Shown here: positions 19,469-27,932 of the stretch, one piece after another | How the letters are laid out: the number at the start of each line of letters is the position of its first letter | How positions within the stretch are numbered: the first letter of the stretch is position 1 | Notes under the pieces: model-generated | What the model was told of the DNA's origin: nothing | Database searches by the model: none | The model's input: only the letters and a program-made list of their open reading frames with translations | Assembly (NCBI GenBank): GCA_963801815.1 | Contig: CAWDGJ010000002.1 | Coordinates: 832,001-896,000 of the forward strand | DNA from: an uncultured Verrucomicrobiae bacterium | Lineage (GTDB): Bacteria; Verrucomicrobiota; Verrucomicrobiia; Chthoniobacterales; UBA10450 | Direction of reading: 5' to 3' | Length of the DNA: 64,000 nt | Position numbers and translations under genes: made by a program

Positions 19469-21973
19469 CTAATCTTTCAAGCGAGCCACTCTGTCGGCAA
19501 TTTCTGGAAGCTGCTTGCGATCCTCTGCTGTCATCTGCGACGGGCCGAGGTCAAAGGTGAGCTTGTTGATTTTGCCGGTGAACTTGAACGGACAATCGTA
19601 GTGATACTCCAAGGCAGCCACCGGGGTGCGGGTGTCCATTCCCACATCGAAGGTCTCGTCTTCTGGGAAATCGATGGGGATGGTGTGCTCCATGGATTTC
19701 TTGGCCACTTCCTTCCCATCCACAGTCAGCGTGCCGGTGCCGCCCTTGCCTAAACCGGGACCTTCGGGTTTGAAGTCGAACTTAATCGTATGCTTGCCGC
19801 CCTTTAACTCCGGGCCTTCCCAAGCCGTCCGCTTGAGATCGAGGAAGTTATAGAGAAAAACCAGGTGTCCCCGGCCGAATCCCAATTCGCCTTTGCTCAG
19901 GAACAACCCGTAGCCACCAAAACGTCCGCCGTCGGTCACGATCATGCCTTCCGCGCCGCCTTCAGGAATCTCGACCTCGGCGGTGATGCTATAGGACTTT
20001 TCCTTGATGTCGGGTGCGGCGGCGTTCGGGACATCGCTCAAGGTCCCTGAATAGGTGAAGGTCGTCCGTCCCGCCGTCGCGCTTGGACGCTTCACCGTGA
20101 AGCGCGCCAGCGTCGAGTTGTCGAGCGGCAACACGTTGTACTTCGCCGCTTCGGCGTAGAAGACACCTTGCAAGGTTTTGAGTTTGTCCGGCATTTTGGC
20201 CGCGAGATCCGTAGACTCAGTGACGTCGTCGTTGAGATTGTAGAGTTCCCATTTGTAGCCCGTGAGCACGTCCGGCGGCGGAGCAGTGCTAAGAATCCAC
20301 GGGATCGTTACTGGAGTCGTCGCGGCCATCCAGCCGTCCTGGTAAATGGCGCGGTTGCCCAGCATCTCAAAGTATTGGGTGCTATGTTTAGTAGGGGCGT
20401 TGGCGTTGGCCTTGTCCCAGGTGTAGGCCAGGCTCACTCCTTCGATGGGTCGTTGCTTGATGCCATTAATAGTGTCGGGCGCGGAGATGCCGGTAGCTTC
20501 CAGTATTGTCGGCACGATATCGATGACGTGGTGGAACTGATTTCGAATGCCTCCGACATCGTTGATATGGCCGGGCCAGGAGATGCACATGCCTTGAGCC
20601 GTGCCGCCCCGATGCGATGCCACTTGCTTGCACCATTGAAACGGCGTGTCGAAGGCCCACGCCCAGGCCGCCGCCATATGCGGGAAGGTCCGCTCCGATC
20701 CCCAGAACTCGTACCAGAGGAACTGATCCTTCACTGGAACAGAGATACCATTGAAGGTTGTGAACTCGTTAGGCGTGCCGTTAAGCATCCCCTCGGCACT
20801 CGCGCCGTTGTCGCCGCTAATGTAGATGATGAGTGTGTTATCGAGCTTGCCCATGTCCTCGACCGCCTGGATCACCCGGCCAATCTCGTTGTCGGTGTAG
20901 GCGAGATAAGCGCCGTAAACGTCGGCCTGTTTGATGAAGAGTTTCCTTTGCTCCAAATCGAGTGTGTCCCACTCCGGCAGGCTCTTTGGCCACGCTGTCA
21001 ACTGCGCATTGGCGGGCAGGATGCCGAGTTTCTTTTGGTTGGCAAAAATGGTTTCTCTCACCTTGTTCCAACCGCCGTCGTAAAGATGCATGTCGCTAAT
21101 CTTCTTGATCCATTCGGGAGTCGGATGATGCGGCGAATGCGTGCCGCCAGGGACGTAATAAACGAAGAAAGGTTTGTCTGGCGCAATTTCGCTTAGTTGC
21201 TTCATGTAATGGATGGCCTCATCGGCCATCGCCGTGGTCAAATTCCAGCCCGGATGCCCGAGATAGGGTTCGATGACCGAAGTATTCCGGAACAGGTTCG
21301 GTTGCCACTGGCTGGTGTCGCCGCCGACGAACCCATAGAAATATTCGAACCCCAAGCCGGTCGGCCACTGGTCGAACGGCCCGGCCTGGCTCGCTTTGTA
21401 AAAGGGTGTGTTGTGATCCTTGCCGAACCACGAGGTGGCATATCCGTTCTCCTTGAGGATTTCAGCGATCGTGCCGCAATCCTTCTGGATGACCGAGTCG
21501 TACCCCGGAAAACCCGTCGCCGCTTCACCCACCACGCCGAAGCCGGCCGTGTGGTGATTGCGCCCGGTAATGATCGCCGCGCGCGTCGGTGAGCAGAGAG
21601 CACAGGAATGAAACTGCGTGTAACGCAACCCCGCCTTCGCGATGCGATCCAATGCCGGCGTCGGCACGACCCCGCCGAACGTGCCGGGGGCACCGAATCC
21701 GCAGTCGTCAGTCATGATAAGTAAAACGTTGGGCGCGCCTTTGGGCGGCACGACGGTGGGCGGCCACCACGCTTTCGACTCCGTGGCCTTTTCCTTGATC
21801 ACGCCGCCAAACGTCGGATCGGGTGCGGGCAGTTGTTTGCCATCGATAGTGGTGGTGGCATTGGGTGCACCGAGTGTGCCGGTCACTTGCTGGGCTGGCG
21901 CGGGTGGGGCAACGAACATCGCTGCCGCAACGACCAGAACGTGCAGGCCGCAGTATTTCGTTTTGTCTTTCAT
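19469..21973 (-). CDS. Arylsulfatase (Cys-type, formylglycine dependent)
   Basis: PNVLLIMTDD, CSPTR signature, GKDH, GDNG, signal peptide. Confidence 0.95.
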   Translation of the reverse strand: MKDKTKYCGLHVLVVAAAMFVAPPAPAQQVTGTLGAPNATTTIDGKQLPAPDPTFGGVIKEKATESKAWWPPTVVPPKGAPNVLLIMTDDCGFGAPGTFGGVVPTPALDRIAKAGLRYTQFHSCALCSPTRAAIITGRNHHTAGFGVVGEAATGFPGYDSVIQKDCGTIAEILKENGYATSWFGKDHNTPFYKASQAGPFDQWPTGLGFEYFYGFVGGDTSQWQPNLFRNTSVIEPYLGHPGWNLTTAMADEAIHYMKQLSEIAPDKPFFVYYVPGGTHSPHHPTPEWIKKISDMHLYDGGWNKVRETIFANQKKLGILPANAQLTAWPKSLPEWDTLDLEQRKLFIKQADVYGAYLAYTDNEIGRVIQAVEDMGKLDNTLIIYISGDNGASAEGMLNGTPNEFTTFNGISVPVKDQFLWYEFWGSERTFPHMAAAWAWAFDTPFQWCKQVASHRGGTAQGMCISWPGHINDVGGIRNQFHHVIDIVPTILEATGISAPDTINGIKQRPIEGVSLAYTWDKANANAPTKHSTQYFEMLGNRAIYQDGWMAATTPVTIPWILSTAPPPDVLTGYKWELYNLNDDVTESTDLAAKMPDKLKTLQGVFYAEAAKYNVLPLDNSTLARFTVKRPSATAGRTTFTYSGTLSDVPNAAAPDIKEKSYSITAEVEIPEGGAEGMIVTDGGRFGGYGLFLSKGELGFGRGHLVFLYNFLDLKRTAWEGPELKGGKHTIKFDFKPEGPGLGKGGTGTLTVDGKEVAKKSMEHTIPIDFPEDETFDVGMDTRTPVAALEYHYDCPFKFTGKINKLTFDLGPSQMTAEDRKQLPEIADRVARLKD

Positions 21974-22130
21974 AGTTTGGTTCCGGTTACTGAATCTACA
22001 AAAGTAATGCGGCGGTAATTCAAGCGCGGTTTGTGATCGTTACACTTGTTAGGCGTGGAGCGCCGTGCCGGCACGGAGTGAGCAAAGGCATACGTTTCCC
22101 GAAATTCTCAGGTTCGGCCTTCTTTGCGCC

Positions 22131-22150
22131 AATTGGACCTAGGTCGTACG
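22131..22150. promoter_or_regulatory. Regulator box AATTGGACCTAGGTCGTACG
   Basis: Consensus match 158 bp upstream of ATG 21973. Confidence 0.8.
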
Positions 22151-22206
22151 AAGGGCGTTTCAACACCGGATCAACGCGGCAGCAACAACTTGCCTTGGAT
22201 TTTCGG

Positions 22207-24723
22207 TTACTCGCTGAGTTTGTTGTTCCGTTGCGCCTCTTCGAGTGTCTTGATGTCGTCGGGCGACAACTGCGGCCGGTCCACTTTGATCGTCAGCTTG
22301 TTAAGCTTGGCGGTGAGCGGAAAAGGAGGCAGATAATCCGAGTCGTTTACACCGGTCAGCGTGTCGGAGCCAATGTCGAAACTCTCGTCCCATTGCAAAA
22401 TCATGGGCAGGGTTTTCTCCATCTTCTGGGTGGCGACTTCCTTCCCGTCAACCTTAAGAGTGCCGGTGCCGGGACGGCCAAGACCGCTCATATTATTAAA
22501 GGCGAGCGTGCCGACGCCAAGGCCATCATACTTGAAGTCGAACTCGACCGTATGTTTGCCGGGTATGAGCGCGTCCGGGCCTTCCCACTTCACGCGTTTC
22601 AGGTCAATCAGGTTCCAGAGGAATACCGGTTTGCCCTTGAGCAGGTAGAATCCGTAGCCGGCAAACCGGCCACCCGAGGTCACAATCATGCCTTCAGCTC
22701 CGCCTTCAGGTACATCGATGTCCGCCGTGATGGTGTAGGAGGTGTTGAGCAACATCGGGGAGTCGCCCTGTGGCAATCCGACCATCGGGAGCGTGTAAAC
22801 GAACTCGGTGCGACCGGCCGTGATGTTCGGGCGCGGCGCCACGATGCGGGCGGCCACCGATGCGTCCATCGGGAAAACCTCATACTTCTTCGCTTCCGCT
22901 ATGAACATCTGTTTCATCGCCTTCACTTTGTCCGGATATTTGCTTGCCAGGTTCTGGGACTGACTGAAGTCCTTGTCCAAGTTGTAGAGTTCGAGCACCT
23001 GGTTATTGAGCGGGTCGGGATTTGCGGGGCCAAAGGCTTCCCACGGCGCCCGATTCACTTGAGTGCTCAGCAGCCACCCTTCGTGATATAAAGCCCACTG
23101 GCCCATCATCTCGAAATACTGGGTTGTATGCTTCGAGGGCGCCTTGGCGTTCTTCGCGTCGAACGTATAGGCGAAGCTCGTACCTTCGATTGGTGCTTGC
23201 TTGATGCCATCCACCATTTGAGGCGCGGGAATGCCGGAGACCTCCAGGATCGTGGGCACAATGTCATTGATGTGACAGAACTGTTGGCGCAGGCCGCCTT
23301 TGTCCGCGATGTGACCGGGCCATGAGATGGCCATGCATTGACGGATGCCGCCAAGCTTCGAGGCGTTCTGTTTGAACCAGGTGAAGGGCGTATCAAAGGC
23401 CCAAGACCAGCCCGCCGACATGTGGTTGTAGGTCTGCTCCGTGCCCCAGACGTCGTACCACTTCATCTGGTCGGCGACGGGCATCATGTTTACGCCGTTA
23501 AAGAATGCGACTTCGTTAGGCGTGCCAACGGGCCCGCCCTCGGCGCTGGTGCCATTGTCGCCATTGATGTAGATGATGAGCGTGTTATCCAGCTTACCCA
23601 TATCCTCGACGGCCTGGATGACACGGCCAATTTCGTAGTCGTTGTAGGCCTCATAGGCGGCGAAGACTTCCACCTGCTTGACGAAGAGCTTCTTTTCCTC
23701 GGGCGTGCAATCATCCCAGTTCTTGAGAATTTTCGTAGGCCAGGGCTCTAGTTGGGTATCCGCCGGAATCACCCCAAGTCGCTTTTGGTTTTCAAAAATT
23801 CTCTCGCGCAATTTGTTCCAGCCATCGTCGAACAGGTGCATGTTGTGGATCTTGTCCACCCATTCCTTTGTCGGATGATGCGGTGCGTGCGTGGCGCCTG
23901 GAACGTAATAACAGAAGAACGGTTTGTCCGGCTGGATCTGGTTAACGCGATTGAGGTACTCGATGGCGTCGTCAGCCATGCCGGTGACCAGGTTCCAGCC
24001 GGGCTTGCCTTGGAAGGGATAGATCTGCGTGGTGTTGCGGAACAGATTCGGTTGCCACTGATTCGCGTCGCCGCCGACGAATCCGTAAAAGTATTCGAAT
24101 CCCTGTCCGATGGGCCAGTTATCAAACGGTCCTACCTGGCTGGCGCAGAACGCCGGCACGTTGTGATCCTTTCCGAACCACGACGTCGCATAGCCGTTGT
24201 CCAAAAGGATGCGGCCGATGGTCGCCTTGTCCTTCGGGATGATGCTGTTGTAACCCGGGAAACCGGTCGATTGTTCGGAGATCACGCCGAAGCCGGCTGA
24301 ATGATGATTGCGCCCCGTGATGAGCGCGGCCCGCGTCGGCGAGCAGAGCGCAGTGGAGTGAATATTATTGTAGCGCAAGCCGGAATTAGCGAGTCGATCC
24401 ATCGTGGGTGTCGGGATGACGCCGCCGAACGTGCTCGGCACGCCGAAGCCCGAGTCGTCCGTCATGATGAGCAGGATGTTGGGTGCTTTCTTGGGCGGAA
24501 CGATTCGCGGCGCCCACCACGGTTTGGATTGAAGGGCTCCCTCCTTAATGACGCCGCCGAACTTCGGATCGGGTGGCGGGAGTTGCTTACCATCGATCGT
24601 GGTCGTGGCGCTGGGCTCACCGGGCGTGCCGTTGATTTGCTGAGCTGGCGCGGGTGGGACGACGAACATCACTGCCGCAGCGACCAGAAGGGCCAGGCCG
24701 CCGTATTTTGTTTTGTCTTTCAT
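22207..24723 (-). CDS. Arylsulfatase (Cys-type), tandem paralog
   Basis: PNILLIMTDD, CSPTR, GDNG; start set at MKDKTKY by comparison with the paralog. Confidence 0.95.
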   Translation of the reverse strand: MKDKTKYGGLALLVAAAVMFVVPPAPAQQINGTPGEPSATTTIDGKQLPPPDPKFGGVIKEGALQSKPWWAPRIVPPKKAPNILLIMTDDSGFGVPSTFGGVIPTPTMDRLANSGLRYNNIHSTALCSPTRAALITGRNHHSAGFGVISEQSTGFPGYNSIIPKDKATIGRILLDNGYATSWFGKDHNVPAFCASQVGPFDNWPIGQGFEYFYGFVGGDANQWQPNLFRNTTQIYPFQGKPGWNLVTGMADDAIEYLNRVNQIQPDKPFFCYYVPGATHAPHHPTKEWVDKIHNMHLFDDGWNKLRERIFENQKRLGVIPADTQLEPWPTKILKNWDDCTPEEKKLFVKQVEVFAAYEAYNDYEIGRVIQAVEDMGKLDNTLIIYINGDNGTSAEGGPVGTPNEVAFFNGVNMMPVADQMKWYDVWGTEQTYNHMSAGWSWAFDTPFTWFKQNASKLGGIRQCMAISWPGHIADKGGLRQQFCHINDIVPTILEVSGIPAPQMVDGIKQAPIEGTSFAYTFDAKNAKAPSKHTTQYFEMMGQWALYHEGWLLSTQVNRAPWEAFGPANPDPLNNQVLELYNLDKDFSQSQNLASKYPDKVKAMKQMFIAEAKKYEVFPMDASVAARIVAPRPNITAGRTEFVYTLPMVGLPQGDSPMLLNTSYTITADIDVPEGGAEGMIVTSGGRFAGYGFYLLKGKPVFLWNLIDLKRVKWEGPDALIPGKHTVEFDFKYDGLGVGTLAFNNMSGLGRPGTGTLKVDGKEVATQKMEKTLPMILQWDESFDIGSDTLTGVNDSDYLPPFPLTAKLNKLTIKVDRPQLSPDDIKTLEEAQRNNKLSE

Positions 24724-24880
24724 GGTTTGGTTCCGGTTACTGAAATCTGCAAAAGTAATGCGGCGGTAACTCGAGCGCGGTTGGTGGTCGTCACACTTGT
24801 TAGGCGTGGAGCGCTGTACGGAGACGGATAGAGGAGCGGCATGCAGTCCCGCAATTCTTAGCCCCAGGTTTTCAAGCGCC

Positions 24881-24900
24881 AATTGGACTTAGGTCTTACA
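24881..24900. promoter_or_regulatory. Regulator box AATTGGACTTAGGTCTTACA
   Basis: Consensus match 158 bp upstream of ATG 24723. Confidence 0.8.
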
Positions 24901-24935
24901 GAAAATGCCGGGGGCTACGCCTGGCGCAGCCCCGC
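24901..24935 (-). terminator. Possible intrinsic terminator downstream of cls
   Basis: Minus strand GGGGCTGCGCCAGGCGTAGCCCC hairpin followed by GGCATTTTC. Confidence 0.4.
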
Positions 24936-25057
24936 AAGTTTCAGAGGTGAGGCTACCTAGTCATTCACTCGAGCGACGGCCTCTGCCTTGGCCTTCAGTG
25001 AGACTATTCCGTCTCCGTTATCTCTGCTTGCTGTTAAATCCTGTCTTGAGAGATCAA

Positions 25058-26500
25058 TCAAAGCACAGGCCCGAGGAGGGCCAGCGTGTTGTTCCAGAAC
25101 TTTCGTGGCAGAGACCACGCCTCCAACATCTCGCGCGTAACTGGCCGTGACTTCTCCAGGTAATCCATCTGCCGTTCGCGCATGGCCGCGGTCAGCGCAG
25201 CATCGAGTAGCAGAATGTTGTTCTCGTAGTTCAGGTCGAAACTGCGCCGATCCATGTTGGCCGAGCCAATGAGCGTGACATCGCCATCAACCGTGAGCGA
25301 TTTGGTGTGCAGCAGTCCGCCGACGTACTCGTAAATCAACACGCCAGCGGCGAGTAGATCGGGATAGTAACTGCGACTCGCGCCAGCCACGATCCAGGAA
25401 TCGTTGCGCGCGGGAAGAATGATCGTGGTCTTTACGCCGCGGTAGGCCGCCGAGCAGAGTGCGTTTTGCAGCGACTCATCGGGAACGTAATATGGCGTCG
25501 TAATCATCAAATCGTTGCGCGCCGCGTAAATCAGCGCTTCGAACAACTCCGGCATCGCGGAGCAGCGAACGGTTGGTCCGGTGCCGACCGCCTGCGCCAC
25601 AAAGCCCAGCCTGGGAGCGTGTAACGGCTCCCGCAACAAGTCGTCCAGGTTTTCGTTAGTCGCGCTCATCCAGTCAACCGCGAAGAGGCGCTGATTCTCC
25701 TGCGCGATCGGGCCCTCGAAACGCATCAGCGCATCCACCCACGGCGCAAACTTCGCCTTGATGAGAAATTCCGGATCCGCGCAATTTTGGCTGCCGCAGT
25801 AGGTGATGGCATTGTCGATCACCACGATCTTGCGATGGTTGCGCAGATCGACTCGCCGGAAGGGTGCCCGCAACACGGGGTGACTGATCGCGAGTGCCAC
25901 GCCCACTTTCACGCCCGCGGCCTGCATCGCCTTCCATTGCTCCGATTTCAGCAATCCACGCGAACCGAGATTATCCACCATGGCACGGCATTGCACGCCC
26001 CGTCCTGCGGCCCGCTTGAGCGCGTCGGCCACGCGGCTCCCGTTGATGTCGGTGAGCCAAATGTAGAAGAGGACATGGACGTGATCCTTCGCCGCATCAA
26101 TGTCCGCCACCATCGCGTTGATGGCCGCGTTCGAATCGGCCAGCAACCGTGCCGAATTGCCCGCGATCGGTTCGAAACCGCTGATGGATCGGCCGACCCG
26201 AAACAGATGCTCGTAACGATCGGGAATCTCCGTTCGCAGATTGGCGTCGTCGTCCGCTGTTCCGGGGCGGGGCGGCGGCATGCGATTCTCGATGGCTCGC
26301 AATTTGGCCGCGCGCCGGCGGCCGATATTCACCTCGCCGAACAGAGCGTAGGCGATCACGCCGAGCAGCGGCAGCGCGAGAATTACCGCCACCCAAGCAA
26401 TGCGCGAGGCGGGTTCGCGATGCGGCCGCAACATCACGCGCACCAGGACAACGAGCTCCACCGTTAGGCCGGCGGCCAGTATGATCTTGGGGAAAGTCAT
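25058..26500 (-). CDS. cls: Cardiolipin synthase
   Basis: Two HKD motifs (HRKIVVID, HTKSLTVD), N-terminal TMs, GSANMDRRS. Confidence 0.95.
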   Translation of the reverse strand: MTFPKIILAAGLTVELVVLVRVMLRPHREPASRIAWVAVILALPLLGVIAYALFGEVNIGRRRAAKLRAIENRMPPPRPGTADDDANLRTEIPDRYEHLFRVGRSISGFEPIAGNSARLLADSNAAINAMVADIDAAKDHVHVLFYIWLTDINGSRVADALKRAAGRGVQCRAMVDNLGSRGLLKSEQWKAMQAAGVKVGVALAISHPVLRAPFRRVDLRNHRKIVVIDNAITYCGSQNCADPEFLIKAKFAPWVDALMRFEGPIAQENQRLFAVDWMSATNENLDDLLREPLHAPRLGFVAQAVGTGPTVRCSAMPELFEALIYAARNDLMITTPYYVPDESLQNALCSAAYRGVKTTIILPARNDSWIVAGASRSYYPDLLAAGVLIYEYVGGLLHTKSLTVDGDVTLIGSANMDRRSFDLNYENNILLLDAALTAAMRERQMDYLEKSRPVTREMLEAWSLPRKFWNNTLALLGPVL

Positions 26501-26882
26501 CTTGCGTCCAAATCAGATTAGCCCGCATTTGCAGATCTCGTCATCATGCTGCGCGATTATCGACTAGTCGACCTTAAGGTCTAAGACGTGTCGCCCGCGA
26601 GAATAAGGCGGGCAACGCGGCGCTGCACAAGGGCATTGGAACATCTGTGGCGATAACGCGTCTGAAGCGCAAGCAAGCGTCGCCAATTCGTAAGCTTCAA
26701 GAAAAACAATCTCCAAGCACCAGAGAAACTTCAAGGGCCAAACATCAACGCCTAACACCCCAGCCTTTGGAGCTCGTTCGTTGGTTCTTCTCTGGAAGCT
26801 GATCAACTTCGTGCGTGGCAATCTCATAGGACGTCTTGTTGTTTTGGTTTCCCCAGAGTCATCGATCGGCCGATCCTTCGAC

Positions 26883-26902
26883 TATTGGACCAAGGCCGTA
26901 CG
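26883..26902. promoter_or_regulatory. Regulator box TATTGGACCAAGGCCGTACG
   Basis: Consensus variant in the divergent gap between cls and the 27050 gene. Confidence 0.7.
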
Positions 26903-27049
26903 ACCACACGCGGAGTACCCGTGAGAATTCTTCACCGGGTAAGCCGGCGGCGCGAAATGGTTCGATACTACTTTGAGAGATACCGTCTTCCAAAATGACG
27001 CCAGACTTCACAATGACCGCCGCGTCCTATACAATCATTCAGTAAATCC

Positions 27050-27805
27050 ATGAGTCCTATCATTGCCTCAATCATCACACTGGTCGCCCTTTGCCTTGCG
27101 ATTCTGGTTGGACACCAGATTCGCCGCACCCTGCCGGATCGTCGATTGAACGATGAAACCAAGGATACGGTAAAACTCTCCATGGGTCTGGTGGGGACTC
27201 TGACGGCTCTCCTTCTCGGCCTGCTCATCAGCTCAGCCAAGAATTCTTACGACACGCAACGCAGCCAGGTGACACAGATGGTGGCAAAAGTGGCCGTGCT
27301 CAATCGTGTGCTAGCCCTTTACGGCGACGAAACACTCCCGGCTCGTAAACTGTTTCGTCTCGCGATCGAAGATGCGATCCGACGGTTGTGGCCGAAAGAC
27401 AGAAATGCTTCCGCACAGCTGCAGCCCAACACTCAGGTGGCGGACTCGGTTTATTTTGAAATTGAAGCTCTCACGCCGGCCAACGATCGCCAGCAAAAGC
27501 TCAAGGCGATCGCCGAGACTAACGCGGTTGATATTGCGCAGCAGCGCGCGTTGCTCGTGGCGCAGTCGGAAAGGTCCGTCTCGGCTCCGATGCTGTTGGT
27601 GCTTGCTTCCTGGCTCATCATCATCTTCGCCAGTTTCAGCCTGCTCGCTCCGCCGAACCTGATGGCAAATCTTGCTTTGGTCATTTCGAGTATCGCCGTG
27701 GCCGGCGCAATTTTTCTTCTTCTCGAACTCGACCAGCCGTTCGATGGTTTGCTTCGAATCCCGAACCGCGAAATGGTCAACGCCTGGCAGCAATTGCCGC
27801 AGTAA
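27050..27805 (+). CDS. DUF4239/bestrophin-like membrane protein
   Basis: TLTALLLGLLISSAK, LLELDQPFDGLLRI; four TMs. Confidence 0.8.
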   Translation: MSPIIASIITLVALCLAILVGHQIRRTLPDRRLNDETKDTVKLSMGLVGTLTALLLGLLISSAKNSYDTQRSQVTQMVAKVAVLNRVLALYGDETLPARKLFRLAIEDAIRRLWPKDRNASAQLQPNTQVADSVYFEIEALTPANDRQQKLKAIAETNAVDIAQQRALLVAQSERSVSAPMLLVLASWLIIIFASFSLLAPPNLMANLALVISSIAVAGAIFLLLELDQPFDGLLRIPNREMVNAWQQLPQ

Positions 27806-27932
27806 CCGCTAAAAACCAATTCCGGTCTCGATGTAAGGACCGTTCAAGTCGGTCTTGTTTGTAAAACCGCCTGACATGTAGTCGTACTTCATGTAACGGC
27901 CGCAAAGCGCAAAGAATTGTTTTCCGACTGAA

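Noticed and set aside
24724..24882. N-terminal extensions in the ORF track (sulfatase to 24882, barrel to 15009, AI-2E to 40724, rhodanese to 63429, HAD to 32378)
   Set aside because: Internal ATGs give signal peptides or match paralogs, and most extensions run into regulator boxes, repeats or neighbouring genes
26565..26585. GACCTTAAGGTC palindrome upstream of cls as another box
   Set aside because: Spacer is 6 nt rather than 4 and the flanks do not match; not counted
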